From: an uncultured Caldimonas sp.
Lineage (GTDB): Bacteria; Pseudomonadota; Gammaproteobacteria; Burkholderiales; Burkholderiaceae_C
NCBI GenBank assembly: GCA_964552215.1
Contig: CAZKGD010000006.1
Coordinates: 5,871-69,870, forward strand
Reading direction: 5' to 3'
Length of the DNA: 64,000 nucleotides
Shown here: piece after piece, positions 19,330 to 28,964 of the stretch
Layout of the letters: each line of letters starts with the position of its first letter
Numbering within the stretch: the stretch's first letter is position 1
Notes under the pieces: generated by a model
What the model saw: only the letters and a program-made list of their open reading frames with translations
Told to the model about the DNA's origin: nothing
The model's database searches: none
Position numbers and translations under genes: made by a program

Positions 19330-20526
19330 TCACTTGGCCAGCACGGCCGCCATCGCGTTGGCCACGGCTTCGACGTTGTGCTGGTTCAGCCCCGCCACGC
19401 ACATGCGGCCCGTGCGCACGAGGTAGACGCCATGCTCGTCCTTGAGCCGGTCCACCTGCTCGGGGCTCAGGCCCGTGTAGCTGAACATGCCGCGCTGGGT
19501 GATGAAGTAGTCCACATTGCGCCCCGGCAGCTTGGCCGACAGCACGGCGTGCAGGCGCTTTCGCATCTCCTGGATGCGTGCGCGCATGGCGTCGAGCTCG
19601 TCGGCCCAGGCCTGTCGCAGGGCCGGGGTCTGCAGCACGCGCGCGACGATCTGGCCGCCATGCGTGGGCGGGCTGGAGTAGTTGCGCCGGATGGTCGCCT
19701 TGAGCTGGCCCAGCACCAGCGCGGCCTCGTCGGCCGTGGGACAGACCACGCTCAGGCCGCCGCAGCGCTCGCCATAGAGCGAAAAGCTCTTCGAGAACGA
19801 ACTGGCGCAGAAGAAGCTGACGCCCGCGTCGGCGAGCGCGCGAATCGCGAAGGCATCTTCCTCGATGCCGTCACCGAAGCCCTGGTAGGCGATGTCCACA
19901 TACGGGATGAGCCGGCGCGACTGGATCACCGGGATGAGCTGCGCCCACTGTTCGCGCGTGAGGTCCACGCCGGTGGGGTTGTGGCAGCAGGCATGCAGCA
20001 GCACGATGCTGCGCTCGGGCATGTCGCGGAAGGCGGCGAGCATGGCCTCGAAGCGCAGGCCGCCGGTGGCCGCGTCGTAGTAAGGGTAGGTGTGGACGGT
20101 GAAGCCCGCGCCCTCGAACATCGCCCGGTGGTTGTCCCAGGTGGGGTCGCTCACCCACACCTCGGACTGCGGGAAGTAGCGCTTGAGGAAGTCGCCGCCT
20201 ACCTTCAGGCCGCCGGAGCCGCCCAGGGTCTGGATGGTGGCGATGCGAGCGCTCTTCACCGCCTCGTGGTCGGCGCCGAAGATCAGGTGCTGCACGGCCT
20301 GGCGGTAGTTGGCCGCGCCTTCCATCGGCTGGTAGGGCCGCGCGCCGATGGATTGCAGCAGGGCCGACTCGGCCTCGCGCACCGCGCTCATCACCGGCAG
20401 GCGGCCGGCGTCATCGAAGTAGATCCCGATGCTCAGGTTGATCTTGCCCGGCCGGGGGTCCTTCTGGAAGTTCTCGTTCAGGGTCAGGATGGGGTCGCCG
20501 GCGTAGGGATCGACGTGCTGGAACAT
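19330..20526 (-). CDS. tyrB: Aromatic amino acid/aspartate aminotransferase
   Basis: [30 protein letters not shown] and [12 protein letters not shown] (PLP lysine). Confidence 0.9.
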   Translation of the reverse strand: MFQHVDPYAGDPILTLNENFQKDPRPGKINLSIGIYFDDAGRLPVMSAVREAESALLQSIGARPYQPMEGAANYRQAVQHLIFGADHEAVKSARIATIQTLGGSGGLKVGGDFLKRYFPQSEVWVSDPTWDNHRAMFEGAGFTVHTYPYYDAATGGLRFEAMLAAFRDMPERSIVLLHACCHNPTGVDLTREQWAQLIPVIQSRRLIPYVDIAYQGFGDGIEEDAFAIRALADAGVSFFCASSFSKSFSLYGERCGGLSVVCPTADEAALVLGQLKATIRRNYSSPPTHGGQIVARVLQTPALRQAWADELDAMRARIQEMRKRLHAVLSAKLPGRNVDYFITQRGMFSYTGLSPEQVDRLKDEHGVYLVRTGRMCVAGLNQHNVEAVANAMAAVLAK

Positions 20527-20576
20527 GGGGTCTCCTTCAGAAACGGGGCATTTCAATTATCGGGGGCGGCTGTCCA

Positions 20577-21080
20577 TCAATCGGCCGCCAGCGCGGCCTC
20601 GATGTCGCGCTCGATGGCCTCGGGCTTGTCGGTGGGGGCGTAGCGCTTGAGCACCTGGCCGTGGCGGTCGACGAGGAACTTGGTGAAGTTCCACTTGATG
20701 GCCTTGGTGCCCAGCAGGCCCGGCGCCTCGGCGGTGAGCCACTGGTAGAGCGGGTGAGCGTCGGCGCCGTTGACCTTGATCTTGCTCATCATCGGGAAGC
20801 TCACGCCGTAGTTCACTTGGCAGAAGCTTGCGATCTCGTCGTTGCTGCCCGGGTCCTGGCCGCCAAACTCGTTGCTGGGGAAGCCCAGCACCACCAGGCC
20901 CTGGGCCGCGTGGGCCGCCCAGAGCTTTTCCAGCCCGGCGAACTGGGGCGTGAAGCCGCACTGGCTGGCGGTGTTGACGATGAGCAGGACCTTGCCGCGG
21001 TAGTCGGCCAGCTTCACGGGCCGGCCATCGATGGCTTGCGCTTCGAAGTCGTAGACAGTGCGGGTGTCGGTGGATTTCAT
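20577..21080 (-). CDS. Glutathione peroxidase (Cys-type)
   Basis: VNTASQCGFTPQ, GFPSNEFGGQ and KWNFTKFL motifs. Confidence 0.93.
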   Translation of the reverse strand: MKSTDTRTVYDFEAQAIDGRPVKLADYRGKVLLIVNTASQCGFTPQFAGLEKLWAAHAAQGLVVLGFPSNEFGGQDPGSNDEIASFCQVNYGVSFPMMSKIKVNGADAHPLYQWLTAEAPGLLGTKAIKWNFTKFLVDRHGQVLKRYAPTDKPEAIERDIEAALAAD

Positions 21081-21272
21081 GGCAGACAGGAACCCGAAAA
21101 GGGAAAGCAGGCATGGTACGCCGAGCAGGGCCACCCCCGAAAGGAGGAGGTTTCGCCCCCTGTTTTCGGGCTTGACGCCCGGACGCGGCGGGCCTGAACA
21201 TTGCCACATCCGCTTTGCCGGACCCAGCGCCCCGACGGTCAGCGCCCGGTTCCGGCCAGGAGCCCCAGTCTC

Positions 21273-22163
21273 ATGAGCATGCGTTACCGGGTGGCCGTCC
21301 AGGGTTTCAGCCCCTTCGAGCGCTCGACCTTCCAGTCCTTCTTCCGCCTGGCGGCGCGCCGGCAGCCGGCGTACGACCTGGTGGAGGATGTCAGGCTGGC
21401 CGACATCGTGATCGCCGATGGCGACCAGGTGGCGGCCGTCAGCGCAGTACGCGGCGCCGGCAAGCTGCAGCGCTGCCTCTTCGTCGGCGCCAACGACGTC
21501 GGACCTGGCATCGCCCGCCTGCCCCGACCGATCAACCTGATGAACGTGCTGCGACTGCTCGACGAAATGGCCCAACCGGGGGCCGCGCCCACCCGGCCGC
21601 CGATGGCCGCGGCAGCGCCGTCGCCAGCCCAGCCGCTGGCGCTGGACGCGATGCCGGCTGCCGCCTCCGGAGCATCCACCGCCCCCGCCGGTGCGTCTGA
21701 CTTCCCCGGCAACAGCGGTTTTTCGAATTCGGTGATGGTCGCGGGCGACGACAAGTTCGACCACATCCTGGTGGTGGACGACTCCGACATCGCCCTGCGC
21801 TTCATGCAGACCCGCCTGAAGCGCTTCGGCTTCAAGGTGCATCTGGCCCGCAGCGGCGAGGAAGCGCTGGAGCGCATCGAGCGCCAGCAGTTCGAGTTCG
21901 TCTTCCTCGACGTGATGATGGAAGGCATGGACGGCTACCAGACCTGCAAGGTCATCAAACGCCGCATGCCGCCGCCGGGCCGCCAGGTGCCGGTGGTGGT
22001 GATGCTCACCAGCCGCGCCGGCCCCGTCGATCGCATCCGCGGCACCCTGGCCGGCTGCGACGCCTACCTCACCAAACCCCTGTCCGAGGACGAACTGGTG
22101 CGGGTGATCAGCGAGCACGACGCCGCCTTCCAGCGCAGCTTCGAGAACACGGCCGCCAACTGA
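21273..22163 (+). CDS. Response regulator: unknown N-terminal domain, Pro/Ala linker, C-terminal PilG-like receiver
   Basis: AGGAG SD. ILVVDDS, FLDVMM, MLTS and YLTKP receiver motifs. Confidence 0.88.
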   Translation: MSMRYRVAVQGFSPFERSTFQSFFRLAARRQPAYDLVEDVRLADIVIADGDQVAAVSAVRGAGKLQRCLFVGANDVGPGIARLPRPINLMNVLRLLDEMAQPGAAPTRPPMAAAAPSPAQPLALDAMPAAASGASTAPAGASDFPGNSGFSNSVMVAGDDKFDHILVVDDSDIALRFMQTRLKRFGFKVHLARSGEEALERIERQQFEFVFLDVMMEGMDGYQTCKVIKRRMPPPGRQVPVVVMLTSRAGPVDRIRGTLAGCDAYLTKPLSEDELVRVISEHDAAFQRSFENTAAN

Positions 22164-22215
22164 TCGGAGAAGCCTCTACACTGCGCCAGGCAAAACTGGC
22201 TGCAGCATCGCTTTC

Positions 22216-22695
22216 GTGAGCTCCAACGTCTTCTCCGCTCCACCCCCGTCCGCTGCGACGGCCGAACAGGCCCAAGGCGTGCTGTGCGGCCCCTGGGCGC
22301 TGGCCTTCCCTTTCAGCTGGGCGCGCAACCTGATCGAAGACATCGAGCTCTCCGACGTGCCCCACGCCCCGGCCTGGCTGCTGGGGGCCGCCAATGTGGA
22401 CGGCGCGGTGATCCCCGTCTTTGACCTGGCCCGCTGGCTCGACCCCGCCCAGGCCACCGAACCCGGGCCAGGCAGCCATATGCTCGTTGGGGGGGAAGGC
22501 GACCGCGTGGCCGGCCTGATCTTCCGCGGCCTGCCCACCCTGGTGAAGACCGTGGCCGGTGTGCCGCCGAGCCTGCCGCCGGCCCTGGCCGAATTCGCCC
22601 GGGGCGCCGCCATCGACCCCACCGGACGCCCCTGGGCAGTCATCGACGCGCCGGCCTTGCTGGAAGCCTGGGCCGCCGAACTCAGCCTGGCCTGA
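22216..22695 (+). CDS. CheW/PilI-like coupling protein
   Basis: VPHAPAWLLGAANVDGAVIPVFDL motif; operon context. Confidence 0.85.
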   Translation: MSSNVFSAPPPSAATAEQAQGVLCGPWALAFPFSWARNLIEDIELSDVPHAPAWLLGAANVDGAVIPVFDLARWLDPAQATEPGPGSHMLVGGEGDRVAGLIFRGLPTLVKTVAGVPPSLPPALAEFARGAAIDPTGRPWAVIDAPALLEAWAAELSLA

Positions 22696-22733
22696 GCCCC
22701 CACCACGACCATGCCCCCGACCCGGAGCCCTGC

Positions 22734-25154
22734 ATGAACCTGAGCCAGAAGCTGCTGCTCGCGGGCGCCGGCGCCGCCGTGCTGGGTGCCGCACTGGCCT
22801 TGACCGCGCTGGCCCTGGCCCCCGTCCCGGCCCCTGCCGACATGACGTCGGCCGCCGCCGGGCAGGCGCACGAGGAGCGTCAGCGCGACCAGCTCGCCCG
22901 GGCCCTGCAGTCCGATATCGACCAGCGGCTGGCCGCCCTGCGCGCCCTGGCCGCCCAGCCCGGCACGGCGCGTGACGTGCAGGGCCTGGCCCAGGCAGTG
23001 GCCGAGCTGGCCGGCACGGAGCCGGCACCCGTCGATGCTGTCGTCCATGACGAGATGCTGGCCTGGCTGACCACCCGGCTCACACCGGAGTGGACCCGCG
23101 GCGAACGGCAGCCCTTGCCCGACCTGGGCCCCGCGGTGCGGTCGCGCGATCGCGCCAGCGCGGCGCTGCAGCAGGCCTATGTGGTTCGCAACCCGCACGG
23201 CGCGGGCGAACGCGACACCCTGGACCGCGCGGAGCTGGCCGGCCCCTATGCCGAGCTTCACGCCCAGGTGCATCCCGCCTGGCGCACGACACGCCGCAGC
23301 CTGGGCTGGGACGATCTCCTCCTCATCGACACGGCCACCGACACCATCGTGTACAGCGTGGCCAAGGATCCGGACTTCGCCACCTCGCTGGTGGAGGGTC
23401 TGGGTGCGGCATCGGCCCTGGCCGAGACCTATGCCCGCGTGCGCCGCGCGCCAGGCGCTTCGGCCGCAGCCGTGTCGGACGCGGCCCGCTACCTCCCGGC
23501 CCCTGCCGAGTGGCAGGTCTTTGCCGCGGTGCCGGTGTTCGACGGCGACCGCCAGGTGGGCGTGCTGGCCGGGCGCGTCCGGCTGCAGGCGCTGACCGCC
23601 GCCCTGGGCAGCCTCGCCGATCAGGCCTGGCTCGTCGGCCCCGACGGGCTGCTGCGCTCGGTGCCGGCGGCCTGGTCCGCCGCCCCCGCGGCCTTCGCAG
23701 ATGCCGCCTCGGACGTGGCCGAGGACAAGCGCGCACTGGCGCAGCACCGCAACACCCCGGTGGGCGTGCTGCCGCCACCACCCACCGAGACCCTGCCGGG
23801 CGTGCCCATCAGGCTGGGGGCCCAAGGCCCGGTGTGGCAGCTGGCGTGGCAGCCCCAGACTCCGGCCGCCGACAGCGCCACGGCGCCTCGCCTGGCCTGG
23901 TGGCCGGCGGCCGCCGGCACCGGCGTGGCCATGATGCTGGCCGGTGCCGGCCTGGCCGGACTCGGCCGGCGCTGGCAGGCGCCGCTTGCGCAACTGCGCG
24001 AGACGCTGGCGCGCGCCGCCCAGGGCGATGCCCAGGCCCGCAGCCGCATCGACACGCCCGACGAATGGGGAGCACTGGGCGCCGCCCTGGACCGCGTGCT
24101 CGACGAACGCGGACAGCGCCTGCAACAGGCGGCGCACGAGAACGAGAGCCTCAACCGCTCGGTGGTGGGCCTGCTGCAGACGGTCTTCCAGATGTCCAAC
24201 AAGGACCTCACCGCCCGCGCCGAGGTCACCGAGGACATCATCGGCACGCTGTCGTCGTCGATCAACCAGCTGGGCGACGAGACCAGCCGGACCTTGCACG
24301 AGGTGCAGAACATCGCCGAGCAGGTGCGCAGCGCCTGTGAATTCGTGGGGGAACAGGCCGTTCGGGTGGACGAGACGGCGCAGGAGGAGCGCGCCGCGCT
24401 GGAAGGCATGGCCGCCAGCCTCAACCAGGCCACCTACCAGCTCGCCCAGATGGCCGCGCTGTCCACCAACTCCAGCGAGGCTGCCGAACTCGCCAGTGCC
24501 GCCACGGACGCGGCGCTGCAGGCGGTGGACACCACCGTGCGCGGGATGGAGTCGCTGCGCGGGGCGATCGCCGAAACCGAAAAGCGCTTCAAGCGCCTGG
24601 GCGAGCGCAGCCAGGAGATTTCCACCGTCGTGAACCTCATCAACGCGATCGCCGAGCGCACCCATGTGCTGTCGCTCAACGCCTCGATGCAGGCCAGCAA
24701 CGCCGGCGAGGCCGGGCGCAGCTTCGCGGTGGTGGCCGAGGAGGTGCAGCGCCTGTCGGAATCGGCCCGCCAGGCCACCGGCCAGATCGCCCAGCTCGTG
24801 CAGAGCATCCAGGTGGAAACCGGCGACACCCTGCTCACGATGAACCGGCTCATCGCCCAGGTGGTCAAGCAGTCCGAGCAGGCCCGCCACGCCGGGATGC
24901 AGATGACAGAAACGCGCGACACCACGGCCCAGCTCGTGAGCCTGGTGCAGCAGATCGCGGCCTTCTCGCAGGCCCAGAGCACGCTGGCGCACGAGCTGCG
25001 CCTGTCGGTGGACCAGCTCAACCGCGGCTCGGCCCAGACCATCCTGGCCATCGAGCAGCAGACCGAATCGACGGCGACGCTGGTCGATTACGCCCGACGC
25101 CTGTCCGAGGCCGTGGGCCAGTTCCGCCTGCCGCCACCCGACGACGCCTATTGA
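22734..25154 (+). CDS. Methyl-accepting chemotaxis protein (PilJ-like) with a periplasmic Cache-like sensor and HAMP domains
   Basis: Two hydrophobic segments. Hairpin tip IAERTHVLSLNASMQASNAGEAGRSFAVVAEEVQRL. Confidence 0.92.
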   Translation: MNLSQKLLLAGAGAAVLGAALALTALALAPVPAPADMTSAAAGQAHEERQRDQLARALQSDIDQRLAALRALAAQPGTARDVQGLAQAVAELAGTEPAPVDAVVHDEMLAWLTTRLTPEWTRGERQPLPDLGPAVRSRDRASAALQQAYVVRNPHGAGERDTLDRAELAGPYAELHAQVHPAWRTTRRSLGWDDLLLIDTATDTIVYSVAKDPDFATSLVEGLGAASALAETYARVRRAPGASAAAVSDAARYLPAPAEWQVFAAVPVFDGDRQVGVLAGRVRLQALTAALGSLADQAWLVGPDGLLRSVPAAWSAAPAAFADAASDVAEDKRALAQHRNTPVGVLPPPPTETLPGVPIRLGAQGPVWQLAWQPQTPAADSATAPRLAWWPAAAGTGVAMMLAGAGLAGLGRRWQAPLAQLRETLARAAQGDAQARSRIDTPDEWGALGAALDRVLDERGQRLQQAAHENESLNRSVVGLLQTVFQMSNKDLTARAEVTEDIIGTLSSSINQLGDETSRTLHEVQNIAEQVRSACEFVGEQAVRVDETAQEERAALEGMAASLNQATYQLAQMAALSTNSSEAAELASAATDAALQAVDTTVRGMESLRGAIAETEKRFKRLGERSQEISTVVNLINAIAERTHVLSLNASMQASNAGEAGRSFAVVAEEVQRLSESARQATGQIAQLVQSIQVETGDTLLTMNRLIAQVVKQSEQARHAGMQMTETRDTTAQLVSLVQQIAAFSQAQSTLAHELRLSVDQLNRGSAQTILAIEQQTESTATLVDYARRLSEAVGQFRLPPPDDAY

Positions 25155-25161
25155 GCTGCCC

Positions 25162-27996
25162 ATGAAGGCCGATGCCCTGCTCCAGGTGCTGCGCGACGAG
25201 TTCGTGCTGGCCGCGCCCGAGGTGGATGCGGCGCTGATGCAATGGCTCAGCAACCCCGACGACCCGGGCCCGGCCGCCGAGGCCGCCACCCTCTTCGACC
25301 GCCTCGCCCAGGCCAGCCGCGTCGTGGGCCTGGAAGGTGTGGGCATCGTGCTCGACCTGCTGCGTGACGGCATCAGCGTGTTCGCCACCCTGGATGCAGC
25401 CGCCCGCCAGGATGCACTGGGTTGGCTGGCCGGCTGGCAACCACCGCTGCAGGCCTACTTCGACACCCCCGACAGTGAACCTGCCACCGACGCCTTGATC
25501 GCTTTCCTGGCCAGCGGACCGCTCGCGCCGGCCTCCGATCAGCTGGGCCTGCTGCGCGAGCTGCTGCGCGAGCCGCCGGCCGTGCCCGAGCAACTGCTGC
25601 AAGACAGCACGACCCGGGCCGCTGCCATCGATACGCCGCCGGGGGGCACCGATGAGGTGTCGCTCGAGGTGCCCGAGGATGTCGACGCTGCGCTCTACGA
25701 CGTTTTCCTCGACGACGCGCCCGGCCAGGTGGCCACGCTCGCCGAGGCCGTGCGGGCGCTGGCCGCCGGTCGCATCGACGTGAGCACCCTGCACGAAGCC
25801 CGCCGCGTCGCACACACCGTGAAGGGCAGCGGCAACATCATCGGCATCCGAGGCATCGGACGCCTCGCCCACCGCATCGAGGATGTCCTCGACCACGCCG
25901 TCGAGCGCGAAGGCCGCATCCCGGCGGCGCTGGCGCGCGATCTCGAACAGGCCGTGGCCTGCCTCGACCAGATGATCTACGCCCTGCGCGGCGAGGAGGA
26001 CCCGCCACACGATGCCGCGGGCTGGCTGGCGCGCCTGGGTGAATGGGTGCGCGCCATCCACGAAGGCCGTGTGGAGACGCTGGCGCTGGACACCCTGCCG
26101 GCCGCCCTGGCGCCTGAGACGAGGCCGCGCGCCCTGCCCGACGCTTCTGCGGCCTCAGTTCCGCCCGCGGACGCGAGCCCCGACGAGCCTGCTCGGGCCA
26201 CGCTGCGCATCGCCGTCGAACGCCTGGACCGGCTGGTGCGACGCGCGGGGCAGGCCATCGTCCACCAGGGCCGCGCCGAGGAAATGGTGCGCCAGGTGGA
26301 AGACCGCCTGGGCCAGATCGAGCTGGCCAACCGCTCGCTGCAAGACCGCCTGCGCGACCTCGAACTCGCCGTGGACCGGCAGGGCCACGACCTGCAGTCG
26401 CGCGCCCAGGCCGAGGGCGGCCTCTTCGACAGCCTGGAGCTCGACCGCTACAACGAGCTGCAGTCGCTGGTGCGCTTCACCGCCGAGATGATCGCCGACG
26501 AGGCCGAGCATGCCAAGGCCGCGCGCGCCCAGGTGCAGACGGCCGTGCAGGCGCTGCGCAAGCAAGGGCAGGAGCTCGTCGAGCAGCACCGTGAACTGAT
26601 CGGCGCCCGCCTGGTGCCAGTGCGCCAGGTGGTGTCACGCCTGAAGCGCAACGTGGCGCAGACCGCGCGGGCCACGCACAAGGAGGTCGACCTGCGTATC
26701 GAGGGCGAGCAGATGCTGCTCGACACCGAGGTGCTGGACCGTCTCACCGAACCGCTGCTGCACCTGCTGCGCAATGCCGTGGACCATGGCATCGAGCCGC
26801 CCGGGGAGCGCGAGCGCGCCGGCAAGCCGCCACACGGCACGGTGCGCCTGAGCTTCCAGCGCGACAGCCGCACCGTCACCGTCACCTGCGCCGACGATGG
26901 CCGGGGTCTGGACCTGCCCACCATCCACGCCCGCGCCATCGAACTGGAACTGCTGCAGCGCGACGACCCCATCGGCGAGGCCGAGCTGGTCCGTCTCATC
27001 CTGCTGCCGGGCTTTTCCACGCGCACCGAGGTCACCGAGATCTCCGGCCGCGGCGTGGGCCTGGACGTGGTGGCCGACCGCCTGCGCGCGATGAAGGGTC
27101 GCATCGACATCGACAGCCGCGCCGGCCAGGGCAGCCGCTTCGTGCTCACCGTGCCGGCCACCACCGGGCTGCAACATGCCCTGGTGGTGGAGATCGCCGG
27201 CCACACCTATGCCCTGCCCAGCGAAGGCATCGTGCTGGCACTCGCTGCCGGCCAGGGCCAGCTTGCGATGACGCCGCAAGGTCCCGAATTCCGTTACGCC
27301 GGTCAGGGCTACCGCTACCAGAAGCTTGGCCCCTGGCTGGGCCTGCCGGCCGGGGAGTCCGGCGGCGAAGCCCGGCCCGTGGTGCTGGCCCGCGTGGGCG
27401 GCGGCGAGATCGCGCTCGAGGTGGACCGCATCCTCGACTCGCGCGAGCTCATCCTGCAGGACATCGGCCGCTACCTGCGGCGCGTGCGCGGCGTGGCGGG
27501 CGGCGCCTTCCGCGCCGACGGCAAGCTGCTCTTCCTGCTCGATCTCGAAGCCCTGGAACAGGCCTATGCCTCACCCGTGCGCCTGGCCGCGGCCGAACGG
27601 CTGCGCCGGCGCATGCAGGTCGAGCGCAAGCACGTGCTGGTGGTCGATGACGCCATCTCGGTGCGCAAGACGCTGTCGCAGCTGCTGGGCGACGCGGGCT
27701 ATGACGTCACCACCGCGCGCGACGGCTTCGATGCCCTGGACGCACTGATCCGGCGCCAGGCGGACGTGGTGCTCACCGACCTGGAGATGCCCAACCTCAA
27801 CGGCCTGGAACTCACCCGCCGGCTGCGCGAATCGCGCCTGTGGAAGACGCTGCCTGTGGTGATGCTCACCTCGCGCGCCACCCACAAGCACCTGCGCAGC
27901 GCCGAGGAAGCCGGCGTGGACGTCTTCCTCACCAAGCCCTACGAAGACGGCGAACTGCTCGCCGAAGTGCGCCGGCTGGCCTTCGGGGAAGACTGA
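25162..27996 (+). CDS. Hybrid CheA/ChpA-like kinase (Hpt-HATPase-CheW-REC)
   Basis: AHTVKGS Hpt, HLLRNAVDHGIE, DDGRG, GFST, SGRGVGLDVV and a C-terminal receiver. Confidence 0.93.
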   Translation: MKADALLQVLRDEFVLAAPEVDAALMQWLSNPDDPGPAAEAATLFDRLAQASRVVGLEGVGIVLDLLRDGISVFATLDAAARQDALGWLAGWQPPLQAYFDTPDSEPATDALIAFLASGPLAPASDQLGLLRELLREPPAVPEQLLQDSTTRAAAIDTPPGGTDEVSLEVPEDVDAALYDVFLDDAPGQVATLAEAVRALAAGRIDVSTLHEARRVAHTVKGSGNIIGIRGIGRLAHRIEDVLDHAVEREGRIPAALARDLEQAVACLDQMIYALRGEEDPPHDAAGWLARLGEWVRAIHEGRVETLALDTLPAALAPETRPRALPDASAASVPPADASPDEPARATLRIAVERLDRLVRRAGQAIVHQGRAEEMVRQVEDRLGQIELANRSLQDRLRDLELAVDRQGHDLQSRAQAEGGLFDSLELDRYNELQSLVRFTAEMIADEAEHAKAARAQVQTAVQALRKQGQELVEQHRELIGARLVPVRQVVSRLKRNVAQTARATHKEVDLRIEGEQMLLDTEVLDRLTEPLLHLLRNAVDHGIEPPGERERAGKPPHGTVRLSFQRDSRTVTVTCADDGRGLDLPTIHARAIELELLQRDDPIGEAELVRLILLPGFSTRTEVTEISGRGVGLDVVADRLRAMKGRIDIDSRAGQGSRFVLTVPATTGLQHALVVEIAGHTYALPSEGIVLALAAGQGQLAMTPQGPEFRYAGQGYRYQKLGPWLGLPAGESGGEARPVVLARVGGGEIALEVDRILDSRELILQDIGRYLRRVRGVAGGAFRADGKLLFLLDLEALEQAYASPVRLAAAERLRRRMQVERKHVLVVDDAISVRKTLSQLLGDAGYDVTTARDGFDALDALIRRQADVVLTDLEMPNLNGLELTRRLRESRLWKTLPVVMLTSRATHKHLRSAEEAGVDVFLTKPYEDGELLAEVRRLAFGED

Positions 27997-28898
27997 GCGC
28001 CGCCGCTGCGCGAGGGCCCGAGCGCCGCCAGAAGCGCCGCCGTGACGATCAGCGCCCCGCCAAGCAGCGTGCGTGCCGCCAGCGCCTCGCCTGCGATCAG
28101 CATCGACGACAGGGCCGCGAACACCACCTCGGTGAGCATGATCACCGCCGTCACGTTCGCCGGCAGGCGCGAGGCGCCGTGCTGGTAGGCCAGGTTGCCA
28201 GCCAGGAACAGCAGCGCTGCCAACACGAGCAGGGCCAGCCAGTCCACACGCGGCGCCGGCGGCCAAGGCACCATCGCCCCGGCGCCCAGCGGCCCCAGGC
28301 CCAGCGCCAGCAGGCCCGACACGCCCACGCAACCCAGCAGCATGGCCAGCGCCCGACCCTCGTCGCGGGTGACCGGGGCCAGCCGGCGCACCAGCACGCT
28401 GTTGCAGGCAAAGGCAAACCCGCCAAGCACGCCCAGCCAGTCGGCCAGGCTGCGCGGGATGGGCCAGGCCCACCCCTCGGGCTGCAGCACGATGGCCGCA
28501 CCCGCCAGGGCCAGCGCCACGCGCAGCAGCCCGCCCAGGCCGAGCCGCTCGCCCAGCCACAGCCGCGCCAGCAGCGCCGTCCACACCGGCATCAGGTAGA
28601 AGAGCAACACCACGCGCACCACCTCGCCGATGCTCACGCCCCAGTTGAAGGAGGCGTTCACCACCCCCGAGGCCAGGGCCATGGTCCACAGCACAGGCGT
28701 CTCGCGCAGCTGGCGCAAGGCCTGGGGCCGCCACAGCACGATGAGCGCGCAGCCGATCAGGAACAGGCCCACATTGGCCCACAGCGGGTGCAGGCCCCGA
28801 TCGAGCAGCGCACGCATGGGCCACCAGGACAGCCCCCAGACGGCGGCGTTGAACAGCAGGGCCAGTGCCGGGCCGAGGGAGGGTCGCAAGGCAGTCAT
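27939..28898 (-). CDS. DMT/EamA family transporter
   Basis: About 10 hydrophobic segments; WG and WLGERL duplicated EamA pattern. Confidence 0.88.
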   Translation of the reverse strand: MTALRPSLGPALALLFNAAVWGLSWWPMRALLDRGLHPLWANVGLFLIGCALIVLWRPQALRQLRETPVLWTMALASGVVNASFNWGVSIGEVVRVVLLFYLMPVWTALLARLWLGERLGLGGLLRVALALAGAAIVLQPEGWAWPIPRSLADWLGVLGGFAFACNSVLVRRLAPVTRDEGRALAMLLGCVGVSGLLALGLGPLGAGAMVPWPPAPRVDWLALLVLAALLFLAGNLAYQHGASRLPANVTAVIMLTEVVFAALSSMLIAGEALAARTLLGGALIVTAALLAALGPSRSGGAQSSPKASRRTSASSSPSS

Positions 28899-28964
28899 CC
28901 GACGATTGTCCCTGAGCCGGACTATGATCGCTGCACATCAGAAACTTCCGGGGAGCGTTGTCCG

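Noticed and set aside
20577..21080. Selenocysteine glutathione peroxidase
   Set aside because: The catalytic codon is TGC (Cys) and there is no in-frame TGA.
22176..25388. 1070-aa minus-strand ORF, and many other long antisense or alternative-frame ORFs such as 14643-16607, 35584-37542, 57615-59519 and 62502-63995
   Set aside because: These are shadow ORFs of well-supported genes in high-GC DNA, with low-complexity R/A/G/P composition and no motifs.
27840..28964. N-terminal extension making the kinase 1334 aa
   Set aside because: It is antisense to the DMT gene. The real start is likely ATG 28965, before the first TM segment.
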